A stretch of 32,000 bases of DNA, taken from Opitutales bacterium. GTDB taxonomy: Bacteria > Verrucomicrobiota > Verrucomicrobiia > Opitutales > PNEW01. The stretch is taken from the NCBI GenBank assembly GCA_965219535.1, contig CBDCNV010000001.1, positions 30,001 through 62,000 of the forward strand, in the 5' to 3' direction. This document shows, piece by piece, positions 23,125 to 31,566 of this stretch (position 1 is its first letter; the number at the start of each line of letters is the position of its first letter). A program made the translations under genes and the position numbers. The notes beneath the pieces were generated by a model. The model ran no database searches, was not told the DNA's origin, and was given only the letters and a program-made list of their open reading frames with translations.

Positions 23125-24196
23125 TTACGCAAACTGGTCCACCGGGAGAGTTAGTCTGGAGAGGTTAATGTTGAAGTTAAGTGGGTAGAGGAAGTCAAGG
23201 CTTGGGCGCAATGAGGGCGTAGCCCGAATGGAGCCCAAGCCTTCGGTATTAATGTCTTCAGCGAAGCACCGTGGGGTGATATTGCCGTGGCTGCGGTGGG
23301 GTCGGACATTATTGTAAAGCCAGCGCCAGTCCTCGATCACCACGCGGGCTTCGGTCAAAGTCCATAGCTGTTCACGGTTTAAACACTCCTCGCGGAAACG
23401 GGCATGGAACGATTCGATGTATCCGTTTGTTATTCTCGCTTTGGCTCGTTGAGGTGTCGCTTCGCTCGGTAGCCAGGGACTACCCGGATCGATATATATC
23501 GCCTTGATCTTTTTTTCGCGCAACCACCGCTGTACTTGATGAGCGATAAAGGGCTTCGCATGTCGTCGCTTTGCTCCTCGGAACACTGCCATTATCACTG
23601 CGGATATAGCTGGGAACTCCCTCCTTTTCAATGGCCTCGCTAAGCACAGAGAGGACATCCGATGAGGGGAGTTGACGAGCTACCCGGATATCCAGACATT
23701 CACGCGTATATGTCTTCGCTTCGCTTGAGTGTCGTCGCTTTCAGCTCCTCGGTACATCGATCAGAGTCATCATTTTTAATGGACCGCCATTGTCTGTGCG
23801 ATCATGGACAAAGTCCCAGGACCAAACGTGATTGCGTCCTTTTGCTTTAGTAGGAGACCCTGTAGAGGCCCCTTGACGGTGGCTGCGCTTTACCTTTATT
23901 TTACCTGCAGCCCTTCTGAACGTCGTACCGTCTGGACAAACTTCCTGCTTGTTGCCGTGCCTTCCTTTACCAGCAAGGCACGGATGCGCCGGTAACCGTA
24001 GCAGGGATGTTCCCAGGACAGGGTTACAATCCGCTCGGCCAACCTCTGAGCTTTCTTACTGGCTTGCTTGGGCCGGTAGCTGTACGTTGACCAACTGAGG
24101 CTGAGATAAGCACAAGCCCTCTAAAACGAGCACAGCCCTCTCTCAGCCGCATCTTTTACTGCTCGCTTCTTCTGCTTTGGGCTCACCATTTTTTTT
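23125..24196 (-). pseudogene. IS3-family transposase orfB (DDE), inactivated
   Basis: Collinear with intact OrfB (..NHVWSWDFV.., ..YTRECL.., ..IRSDNGS.., ..DPGSPW..NGYIESF.., ..YNNVRPHRS..). Defects: an in-frame TAG (24121-24123), a 1-nt frame change near 23895-23915, and three short insertions (23711-23755, ~23557-23584, 23428-23472). Confidence 0.8.
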
Positions 24197-24451
24197 TGAG
24201 AGCGTTTCCTCCAACACCCGATGCTTGAGCTTTTGATCTGCGCGCTGCTTTTTTAGCTCGGTGTTTTCTGTTTCCAGCTCTTTAAATCGCTTCGCATCGG
24301 CCAGTTCCAAGTTGCCATATTTCTTACCCCAGCGATAGAAGGTCTGTTCGCTTAGGTTGTTGCCACGGCAGATTTCCTGCACCGTCTTGCCAGTATCAGC
24401 CTGCCGTAATATTAATATGATCTGTTCTGTTGTATGTATTTTTCTTTTCAG
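24143..24451 (-). pseudogene. IS3-family orfA (HTH), no canonical start codon
   Basis: ..KRKIHTTEQIILILRQADTGKTVQEICRGNNLSEQTFYRWGKKYG..ENTELKK.. parallels intact OrfA. Leu (CTG) sits where the intact copy has Met. Confidence 0.65.
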
Positions 24452-24711
24452 TGAGGTTATCTGTTTATCCCGATAACCTGTCCCTGTTAATGATATGATT
24501 TTTGGAGGTCACATCACCTTTTTCTTCGGCTTGCTGTAACCTCTCTCGCTGGTTTGTAAGAAACGGATTTTACGGTGAAAAGCAGCAACACAAAATAGGA
24601 GAGGGAGTTTAAGTATTTTATGGTATTGAATCGGCATGAATAATTCCAACTATAGTTCTCGCCTGTAATTTGATGATGGTTAGGTTGGAACTCCACCCTA
24701 ACTAACAAGTA

Positions 24712-26400
24712 ATGCTTCGAAAGCTCATATTTTTTGCGGTTGCTGCTTTAATGTTAAGCAGTTTCCAGTGTCTTTACGCCCTTAATGCGTCCTTTCCTTT
24801 ACCCAGTGATAAGATCAATGAATACCCTTTTAACATGGCGGGCAAAGTTCAGTCAGGAGAAACAATAACAGATTTAGGCGTGTCAATAAGCTCCAGTTCA
24901 GGCGTGGCAATATCGCAAAAGGTCGTTCTCTCCGCTGCGCACACGTTTTTCAATGATGAGATTCTGGATTGGCGCCCGGAACCCTATAGATGGAACTTAC
25001 GCCATTCTCCATCAGATCCATATTACGATATGAGTGCGCGATCTTACCTATATTTTAGCGACTATGCAGAAGCCACACGCCGTTTTTACTTCGGGGGGTC
25101 ACCTTCACAGGAACAACAAAATCGCGATGTAATTGTTCTTATATTTTATGAAGATGTAGCCGATGGGGGATGGGCGGGGCGGGGCGTCAATCGAATTGAC
25201 ACTAACATTGACAAAATGATCGTCGGCTACCCTTCAGGACTCTATTCCTATAGCGATAATGATCCTAGAATGGACACGATGCATTCTACCAGTCTAGAGG
25301 GAAGTCCTGCCAAATTTACCCTTATCCCCTATGCAGACAAGGACAGATTGGGTGCTACAACCCGGGTTTTTGAGACTCATGATTTGTCTACAGGTCCGGG
25401 TGGCAGTGGTGGACCTGTATTCGGGTTAATACCATTTACAGATGGAACCTTTGATTGGGGTGTAGTGGGGATTGTTGTGGGTGGATATGAGGCTTCATCA
25501 ACCATCGCGGTAAACTTTGACGAGGATGTTTATGAGTTATTAAAAGAAGCGGAAGCCACTACATACGCTGATGGAACCTTAATACTTGGTGGTTCAGGCG
25601 ATATTGTTGGAGAGAATATTCAGCACCCCAATGGAAACGTCTTCAACCAGGTACTGCTCACGGGTCCACACATCACGTTTAAGGCCAATCCGAGGCAGAT
25701 TACAAGGGCGTCGTTCATGGATGAAGACGGGGACATTGTGCAGGTCGAATTTTCTGGTGCAGGACGTGTTACTGTGATTTTAGACCCGGCCACCTATCTA
25801 CCCCCTTCCCGGCCATCGCGTTACAACCAGCAGGTTAAGTACGTCACTGGTAAACCAAGCGTGCTCATCGAGGGAGCAGACTCCACTTCCTTTCTCAGTA
25901 TCTTCACTGTGGGAAGGATCAACGCGGTGAACCAGACTTTATTTCCTGAAGGTCAGGTCTATGACGCCATGGCCGACGTGACGTTAGTGGAAGTGAAACA
26001 CTCAAAAGGCTTTGGGGGAATGCAATTATCTAACACGGTATTCAGTCGCGGTGGTAACTCACCAAGATATGGAGTGATTGCAAGACGGATACCGATTGCA
26101 GTAAGGTTAACGATAGGAGATATTAACCCTCGTAATGGTGGGGTCGCGCATATCCTTTTTGGGTCGGGTTCCTTCACTGTGCCAGCCGCTAACTCGGGGG
26201 TGCGGATCACGGGCGGAGTCTTAGGGCAATACAGCGGTACCCTAATCGTCGTCGCGGAGAGCGGATCGCTGACTCCCGGTTTTGATACCTTGATCACGAA
26301 GGACAACTTTAAATCAGACGGTTCTTATCAACCAAAACAAAAGATTAATGCCGTGTTCATTAATGAAAATGCTACTAGAATACCTATTGACATTAGGTAA
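24712..26400 (+). CDS. Secreted trypsin-like (S1-family) serine peptidase fused to a ~275-aa uncharacterised C-terminal module
   Basis: Signal-like N-terminus. Catalytic-triad contexts VVLSAAHTF (His), NRDVIVLIF (Asp), GPGGSGGPVFG (Ser). The C-terminal module (nt 25573-26397) is paralogous to 30501-31334. Confidence 0.8.
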   Translation: MLRKLIFFAVAALMLSSFQCLYALNASFPLPSDKINEYPFNMAGKVQSGETITDLGVSISSSSGVAISQKVVLSAAHTFFNDEILDWRPEPYRWNLRHSPSDPYYDMSARSYLYFSDYAEATRRFYFGGSPSQEQQNRDVIVLIFYEDVADGGWAGRGVNRIDTNIDKMIVGYPSGLYSYSDNDPRMDTMHSTSLEGSPAKFTLIPYADKDRLGATTRVFETHDLSTGPGGSGGPVFGLIPFTDGTFDWGVVGIVVGGYEASSTIAVNFDEDVYELLKEAEATTYADGTLILGGSGDIVGENIQHPNGNVFNQVLLTGPHITFKANPRQITRASFMDEDGDIVQVEFSGAGRVTVILDPATYLPPSRPSRYNQQVKYVTGKPSVLIEGADSTSFLSIFTVGRINAVNQTLFPEGQVYDAMADVTLVEVKHSKGFGGMQLSNTVFSRGGNSPRYGVIARRIPIAVRLTIGDINPRNGGVAHILFGSGSFTVPAANSGVRITGGVLGQYSGTLIVVAESGSLTPGFDTLITKDNFKSDGSYQPKQKINAVFINENATRIPIDIR

Positions 26401-26493
26401 CTTTCAATGACCCTGTCACTGAAATTGTTTTGATAGAACTCATTTCTTGAACTGGCCTAATTTACTCCTACTCATTTCAAATCAAAATCAATC

Positions 26494-26630
26494 CTAGGCT
26501 GGTCTGGACATGATAAGACGTGTTCGAGCGTAGCCAAGATCAGAAAGGAATCTGACAAACTCTAGTGGGCTTTTAAAGCCTAAACGATTGTAGGTCTGAT
26601 GCCATTGTTCGATTACCACGCGTGGTGTTT
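26494..26630 (-). pseudogene. C-terminal fragment of a DDE (IS3/integrase-core type) transposase
   Basis: Minus-strand translation ..PRVVIEQWHQTYNRLGFKSPLEFVRFLSDL..* resembles the ..W..YN..RPH..LG..SP.EF tail of rve-domain transposases. It is bounded upstream by a stop, and there is no N-terminal part. Confidence 0.5.
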
Positions 26631-26748
26631 AGCACCACTAAAGAACACAGCAAATATTTTAGGAGTGAGTCATACAACGGTCATGAATTGGCGTAATGAA
26701 ATGGAAAAAGAAAGGGGCTTAAACTTTAATAACAATTATTTACGCTAG
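26599..26748 (+). other. 49-codon ORF with an HTH-like segment (possible transposase/regulator remnant)
   Basis: MPLFDYHAWCLAPLKNTANILGVSHTTVMNWRNEMEKERGLNFNNNYLR. ..ILGVSHTTVMNWRN.. looks like an HTH recognition helix. It falls below the ORF-track size cut-off. Confidence 0.25.
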
Positions 26749-26878
26749 ATTTATATTCAACGTGTTACACTATGTAGATAGTATTATTTCATGTAAGCAA
26801 ATTTAGTGGCCCCAGTGGTTGGGTCCCAATAAACTGGTCCATTGCTAATGAGACGATTTTCCAACAAAAGGAAGGAAA

Positions 26879-27154
26879 ATGATCATGAAGCAAACGCGAC
26901 ACACGACCGAAAATATCATTCGTATACTGCGAGAATCGGAGGCCGCCGGGCTGACGACCGATGAGGTCTGCCGCCGGCGCAACATCAGCCGGCAGACTTA
27001 CTACCGGTGGAGGAGCAAGTATGGCGGCACGAACGTAAAGGAAGCACGAAGGTTGAAGGAACTGGGGAAAGAGAACACTGAACTTAAAAAACTGCTCGCT
27101 GACCAGCTTCTGAATATAAAGGCCCTGGAGCTAACCTTGGGAAAAAACATCTGA
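26879..27154 (+). CDS. IS3-family transposase OrfA (HTH)
   Basis: ..TTDEVCRRRNISRQTYYRWRSKYGG..ELGKENTELKKLLADQ (HTH plus leucine-zipper-like). Confidence 0.85.
   Translation: MIMKQTRHTTENIIRILRESEAAGLTTDEVCRRRNISRQTYYRWRSKYGGTNVKEARRLKELGKENTELKKLLADQLLNIKALELTLGKNI
27142..27148 (+). promoter_or_regulatory. Programmed -1 ribosomal frameshift heptamer A_AAA_AAC
   Basis: In the orfA frame it reads GGA AAA AAC. The -1 frame continues open as KKHLSPERQRGIAKKVQRAL.. into OrfB. Confidence 0.75.
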
Positions 27155-28062
27155 GCCCGGAGCGACAGCGTGGCATCGCCAAAAAAGTTCAGCGAGCTTT
27201 GTCGTGTTCCGGGCGGGCCATATGCCGATGGCTGGGATTCAACCGCTCGACCCTGCGCTACGGCTCCAAGGCTGTGCCTGAAAAGAAGCAGTTGCTGGAG
27301 ACTGCGATCGTTCGCCTGTCGCGGAAGCACCCGACTTTTGGCTACAAAAAAATCAATCAAATGCGGGGTGAAATGGGCTACCGGGTAAACAAGAAACAGG
27401 TGCAGCGCATACGCCGCAAAGAGGGACTGCAAGTACCGCCGCCCAAACCTCGAAAACGCCGCCGCGGCCTGTCCACGGGTTTGCCTCAAGAGGCCAAACA
27501 CAAGAACCACGTGTGGGCGTGGGATTTCGTTTCGGACTACACCCAGCGTGGCGGCAAACTGCGTGTTTTGAGCATCATCGATGACTATACGCGGGAGTGC
27601 CACGTTCTTCATGCTCACCGCGCGATCAAAGCAGCCGAGGTACTGGTTCTGTTGCAGCGGATGATTTCCCGGCATGGCGCACCCCTGTTTATTCGTTCTG
27701 ACAATGGTCCAGAATTTATCGCGCAAGCTATACAGCGCTGGTTGCGCGAGAACCAGATCGAATCGATTTACATCGATCCTGGCTGTCCCTGGCAGAATGG
27801 ATATATCGAAAGCTTCAACAGTCCTTTACGAGCGCAATGCCTTGATCGCGAGCTGCTCTACACCCTCACTGAATCCCGCGTGGTGATAGGAGACTGGCTG
27901 GAATATTATAATAAGATTCGTCCCCATCGCTCCTTGGGCTTGCTAACTGCGGCCCAATATGCCAAGAAAATTACAGACCCAAGGTTCCGGCTCCGGTCGT
28001 CCTCCGGACTCCCTCCGCCGGTACCTTTACTGAAACCACAATCACGGAGATTGTCTCATTGA
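27142..28062 (+). CDS. IS3-family transposase OrfB (DDE), expressed as an OrfAB fusion by -1 frameshifting
   Basis: DDE contexts HVWAWDFV, IRSDNGPEF, PWQNGYIESFN, then YNKIRPHRSLG. The track ORF begins at TTG 27199, but the frame is open back to the slippery site. Confidence 0.85.
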   Translation, partial: KKHLSPERQRGIAKKVQRALSCSGRAICRWLGFNRSTLRYGSKAVPEKKQLLETAIVRLSRKHPTFGYKKINQMRGEMGYRVNKKQVQRIRRKEGLQVPPPKPRKRRRGLSTGLPQEAKHKNHVWAWDFVSDYTQRGGKLRVLSIIDDYTRECHVLHAHRAIKAAEVLVLLQRMISRHGAPLFIRSDNGPEFIAQAIQRWLRENQIESIYIDPGCPWQNGYIESFNSPLRAQCLDRELLYTLTESRVVIGDWLEYYNKIRPHRSLGLLTAAQYAKKITDPRFRLRSSSGLPPPVPLLKPQSRRLSH

Positions 28063-28138
28063 AAGTGGACTAAAACGCGGGGTCCAACCATAAGTTTAAT
28101 GGATTATCCCTTTATTTCCATAAATCATTGATTATTAA

Positions 28139-28183
28139 TGGTGGGTCCTGTAGGATTCGAACCTACGACCAAAGGATTATGAG
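28139..28183 (-). pseudogene. Orphan 3' fragment of a tRNA with CAU anticodon (Met or Ile2 type)
   Basis: Minus strand: CTCATAA-TCCTT-TGGTC-GTAGG-TTCGAAT-CCTAC-AGGACCC-A-CCA. This covers the anticodon loop, T arm, acceptor 3' strand and CCA. The sequence 5' of it cannot form a D arm or the acceptor 5' strand. Confidence 0.7.
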
Positions 28184-28265
28184 TTCATAGCAAGTCAGCA
28201 TCATCTTAGCCCTCCAATCCTGGGGAACACATTATTGCTGCAGAACATTAACCTTTTCGTTCGAC

Positions 28266-28620
28266 TTAACTACTTGCTCCGTTACAGTTTGAACTATAGC
28301 TTAAGTAGTCCCCAATCAACCGAGTCATGACAATTCGTACCTCATCTTTGGTATCTGGAAACTCATTTGTTCCTTGTGGATAAGTTTCATCAAGGAGGAA
28401 GACTACCCCCGTGGTTGTGTTGAAACCCACGGTACAGAAGAGTATTGGCTCCACAGTCCTTCAGGGACTTGTCAAGATCAGACCCGATGAAGCCGCTCAG
28501 TCCTCGATTCGCCCATGACAAGACCTCTTGGGTGAAGTCTGATGATTTTAGCCCAACCCGGCGATTGGGGATCCGAAACGATGGAACTGATTGGTTTGCC
28601 TCGTGAATTTCGCAAGCCAT
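28266..28620 (-). pseudogene. Hypothetical gene split by a frameshift (ORFs 28390..28620 and 28266..28454)
   Basis: Two overlapping same-strand ORFs in different frames. I recognise no motif. Confidence 0.25.
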
Positions 28621-29105
28621 GTTTTGAGATCCGTTCGGCAGTCGGTTAATGACGGTGCAATGAGTGATTCGACGATAGGATTAAAATAGGGGCAGCAATC
28701 GTTGTCACAATCAATGAGCTAAATTTATGGGTTTCTGGATTTAGAGTCAGAATTGTGTTTGTAAAATCTTAGATTCGATCATCTATGAATTGAACTGGTA
28801 GTTGCATCTTCTTAATTTTAAGAGCAAACTTATGAGTGTAAGAGATAGGTGTAGTTAAAAATAAACAATAAGATATGGTGATACCCGCTCCCCCAATGTT
28901 CCCCCATTTACGCTATTGCACGCTATATGCGACTATTTAATTTCTCGAGGATTATGAGAAATACTGATTCATAAGTACTTAATAATTAATATATAGTGTT
29001 AGCTAATAGGTAGTTATATATTGGAGAGTTGAATTACATAACAAAGGCTTCATAAGCACAAATTCCTCACCACATCTTTGACATCGCTATAATCGTTATA
29101 ACAGC

Positions 29106-31337
29106 ATGAAAAGAAAACCTATAAAAATAATTCCGATTCTGATTCTCTTGCTCTATTTCCCGGTGCGCCTGTCAGCCTTGCCTCAAGACCTCGATACTTT
29201 TTTCGATTTCGAAAATGTCATAGGTGAAGAGGGAGAGTTCATAATCGGGAAAGCGCCTTTTACGATCCGGGTTATTGGCTTCATATTGCAAGATGTAGAA
29301 AACCCCTCCCTCACACACTCAGGCACTCGGGCCCTGGTTCTCGACCAGAATGCCCCGGATCATAAAATCTTATTTGAACGGGGCGTCAACTTGCTTCAGT
29401 TTTACGCCGTCGACACCTTGGGCGGTAGTAGAATCGAGCTCAGGGATCTTAATTTTATAGTATTGTCTGATCAAGGCGTCGTCAACGGTTTACCGACTAC
29501 TCCCGGTCTACAAAGTTTCGTCTCTTTCAGTGGAGATATCCAGGATTTAACGGATCTTAATTTTACGAATGGGATAAAGGAAATTAAGATCGTCAATCCG
29601 GGAGGACAAGTCGCCATCGATGACCTGGGATTTACTTATGTCGAGGGGCCGGCGAATAATACGGTGTTTGAAGAATTTAGTTATTATACAGAGCGTGCTA
29701 TCTTTTTACCCCCTGATGGCAGTCGAACTAATTTTACCATAGGTTTTCCGCCTTACACCGCCACCTTTACCGGTGGTGTTGTCCCTGGGACGCCCAATTT
29801 TGGGCCTTTTAATCACTCGATACCTGGTGGGGGTGCGCATTGGGGAATTATAGCTTCAGAGCTCTCAGGCCAACCAGTTAAAGAGGTTACCGGAGTGATC
29901 GAATTTGAAACCCCGGTTGCTCAAGTACAGTTCTATGCCGCCGTATTTTTCGAAAAAGATGGCTTTATCGAAATCTTCGATCCTGAAGGTAACTTGCTCA
30001 CCTCGACCGACGACGTCGGATTGAATATAAGTATTAACTTTAGTCTACCTTTTACTTATTTCGACTTCAATGCGGTGGAATTAGGCGCCCCGGGTGGGAT
30101 TGGCAGTGTCCACTATACGAACCGGACGATCACCTCGACAACGGGAGATGTCGATGGTATCAGTTTGGACGACATCGGGTATACCCCGGTCGGTGCTCCC
30201 GGAAGTGGTTCCGAGGGACCACCCCCTGTAACCGGTCCCTCTATCACTACCCAACCTGCGAGCCAGGAAGTGCAGTCTGGTACCGCAGTTGTATTGTCCG
30301 TCGCAGCCAGCGGTGACGATCTTACTTACCAGTGGTATACCGGCAACAGCGGTGACACTTCCAGTGCTATCGCGGGTGCTACCGGAAGTACTTTAACCAC
30401 GGGTGCACTCACCGCGAGCACGAGTTTCTGGGTGCAGGTAACTAATGCGGGAGGTACCTCTGACAGTGATACCGCTGTTATCACCATCGCAGCACCGACC
30501 GTGCCCCTGGTTCTCGAAGGAACAGGAGATATCGCCGGTGAAAACATCCAACACTCCAACGGCAACATCTTCGACCAGGTCTTATTAACTGGAGAGTCCA
30601 TCCAACTACAAGCAAGACCGAATCAGATCACCCGGGTATCGTTCATGGACGAAGACGAGGACATTGTGCAGGTAGAGTTCTCAGGCGCAGGTACCTTTAC
30701 CGTTACTCTGGACCCGGCCACCTTCCTGCCCGCGGCGTTGCCCCCGCGTTATAACCAGTCAGTAGATTACGTGACGGGCAAACCGAGTGTGGTCATTGAA
30801 GGAGCGGATTCCAGCACCTTCTTCAGTATCTTCACCGTGGGATCAATCAACGCCGTGAACCAGGCCTTGTTCCCCGAGGGGCAGGTCTATGATGCCGAGG
30901 CCGACGTGACGTTAGTAGAGGTAATTAACTCTACGGGGATAGGAGGCATGCAGCTGTCGAACACGGTGTTCAGTGGAAGCACTGGAAGGATAGGCGTGGA
31001 TGCGAGAGGAGTGCCGATCGCGGTGCGCTTAACCTTAGGCGACATCGATGCCAGTGGCGATGCAGTACCGCACCTCTTATTTGGAGAAGGCTCCTTCACG
31101 GTAGCAGCCGGCAACCCCGGATTGAGGATCACTGGAGGAGACCTTGCGCAGACAAATGGAGCTTCAATCGTAGTTGCGGAAAGTGGATCGACAACACGTG
31201 GATTTGATCGATTAATTACGCAGAACAATTTTAAATCCGATAATACCCCTCAACCTACGCGGAGCATCAATGCCACCTTCGTAAATGAAGATGACGAGGT
31301 GATTACCGTCGAGGTTGATGAGATAACAATTGAATAA
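29106..31337 (+). CDS. Secreted multidomain protein: two lectin-like beta-sandwich modules, an Ig-like domain, then the same ~275-aa C-terminal module as 24712..26400
   Basis: Signal-like N-terminus. Two ~170-aa modules end in ..VAIDDLGFTYV and ..ISLDDIGYTPV. Ig-like segment ITTQPASQEVQSGTAVVLSVAASGDDLTYQWYTGNSGD..FWVQVTNAGGTSDS. C-terminal module at nt 30501-31334. Confidence 0.8.
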   Translation: MKRKPIKIIPILILLLYFPVRLSALPQDLDTFFDFENVIGEEGEFIIGKAPFTIRVIGFILQDVENPSLTHSGTRALVLDQNAPDHKILFERGVNLLQFYAVDTLGGSRIELRDLNFIVLSDQGVVNGLPTTPGLQSFVSFSGDIQDLTDLNFTNGIKEIKIVNPGGQVAIDDLGFTYVEGPANNTVFEEFSYYTERAIFLPPDGSRTNFTIGFPPYTATFTGGVVPGTPNFGPFNHSIPGGGAHWGIIASELSGQPVKEVTGVIEFETPVAQVQFYAAVFFEKDGFIEIFDPEGNLLTSTDDVGLNISINFSLPFTYFDFNAVELGAPGGIGSVHYTNRTITSTTGDVDGISLDDIGYTPVGAPGSGSEGPPPVTGPSITTQPASQEVQSGTAVVLSVAASGDDLTYQWYTGNSGDTSSAIAGATGSTLTTGALTASTSFWVQVTNAGGTSDSDTAVITIAAPTVPLVLEGTGDIAGENIQHSNGNIFDQVLLTGESIQLQARPNQITRVSFMDEDEDIVQVEFSGAGTFTVTLDPATFLPAALPPRYNQSVDYVTGKPSVVIEGADSSTFFSIFTVGSINAVNQALFPEGQVYDAEADVTLVEVINSTGIGGMQLSNTVFSGSTGRIGVDARGVPIAVRLTLGDIDASGDAVPHLLFGEGSFTVAAGNPGLRITGGDLAQTNGASIVVAESGSTTRGFDRLITQNNFKSDNTPQPTRSINATFVNEDDEVITVEVDEITIE

Positions 31338-31566
31338 CTCTTTAAGGAGTATCCCAGGTATACCCCCACTCATCAATTCCTCGTCACACCTCCACAGCAC
31401 TCGCCCTCACTTCGCCAAGATCTCTCATATAAATCAATTCTAAAACCATTAACACCCGGTAACTCTCTTACTTAAAAATTGGGAATTATAGTGCAAAGTA
31501 ACAATTTCACTTGACTTCCCCGCCCATTTTTTGTTACTATAAGTCCGAAATTAAGGAGTGCAAATC

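Larger units (their letters stand above)
23117..24484 (-). mobile_element. Decayed IS3-family element (distinct from the intact copy at 26816..28090)
   Basis: The terminal repeat TGGTCAGGTTACGCAAACTGGTCCACC at 23117 is alignable to the IR of the intact IS. The far end near 24484 (..GATAACCTGTCCC) is a weaker match, so that boundary is uncertain. The orfA/orfB layout with an A9 slippery run (24188-24196) is retained. Confidence 0.7.
26816..28090 (+). mobile_element. Intact IS3-family insertion sequence (1275 bp)
   Basis: Terminal inverted repeats TGGTTGGGTCCCAATAAACTGGTCCATTGCTAATGAGAC (left) versus the reverse complement of the right end, TGGTTGGACCCCGCGTTTTAGTCCACTTTCAATGAGAC. TG...CA termini, orfA/orfB with a slippery site. 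No clear target-site duplication (CAG versus TAA). Confidence 0.85.

Noticed and set aside
27001-27726. 241-aa ORF antisense to the IS3 orfB
   Set aside because: It is fully embedded opposite a transposase gene with clear DDE motifs. The ORF is Arg/Pro/Ala-rich and low-complexity, typical of antisense frames in GC-richer DNA.
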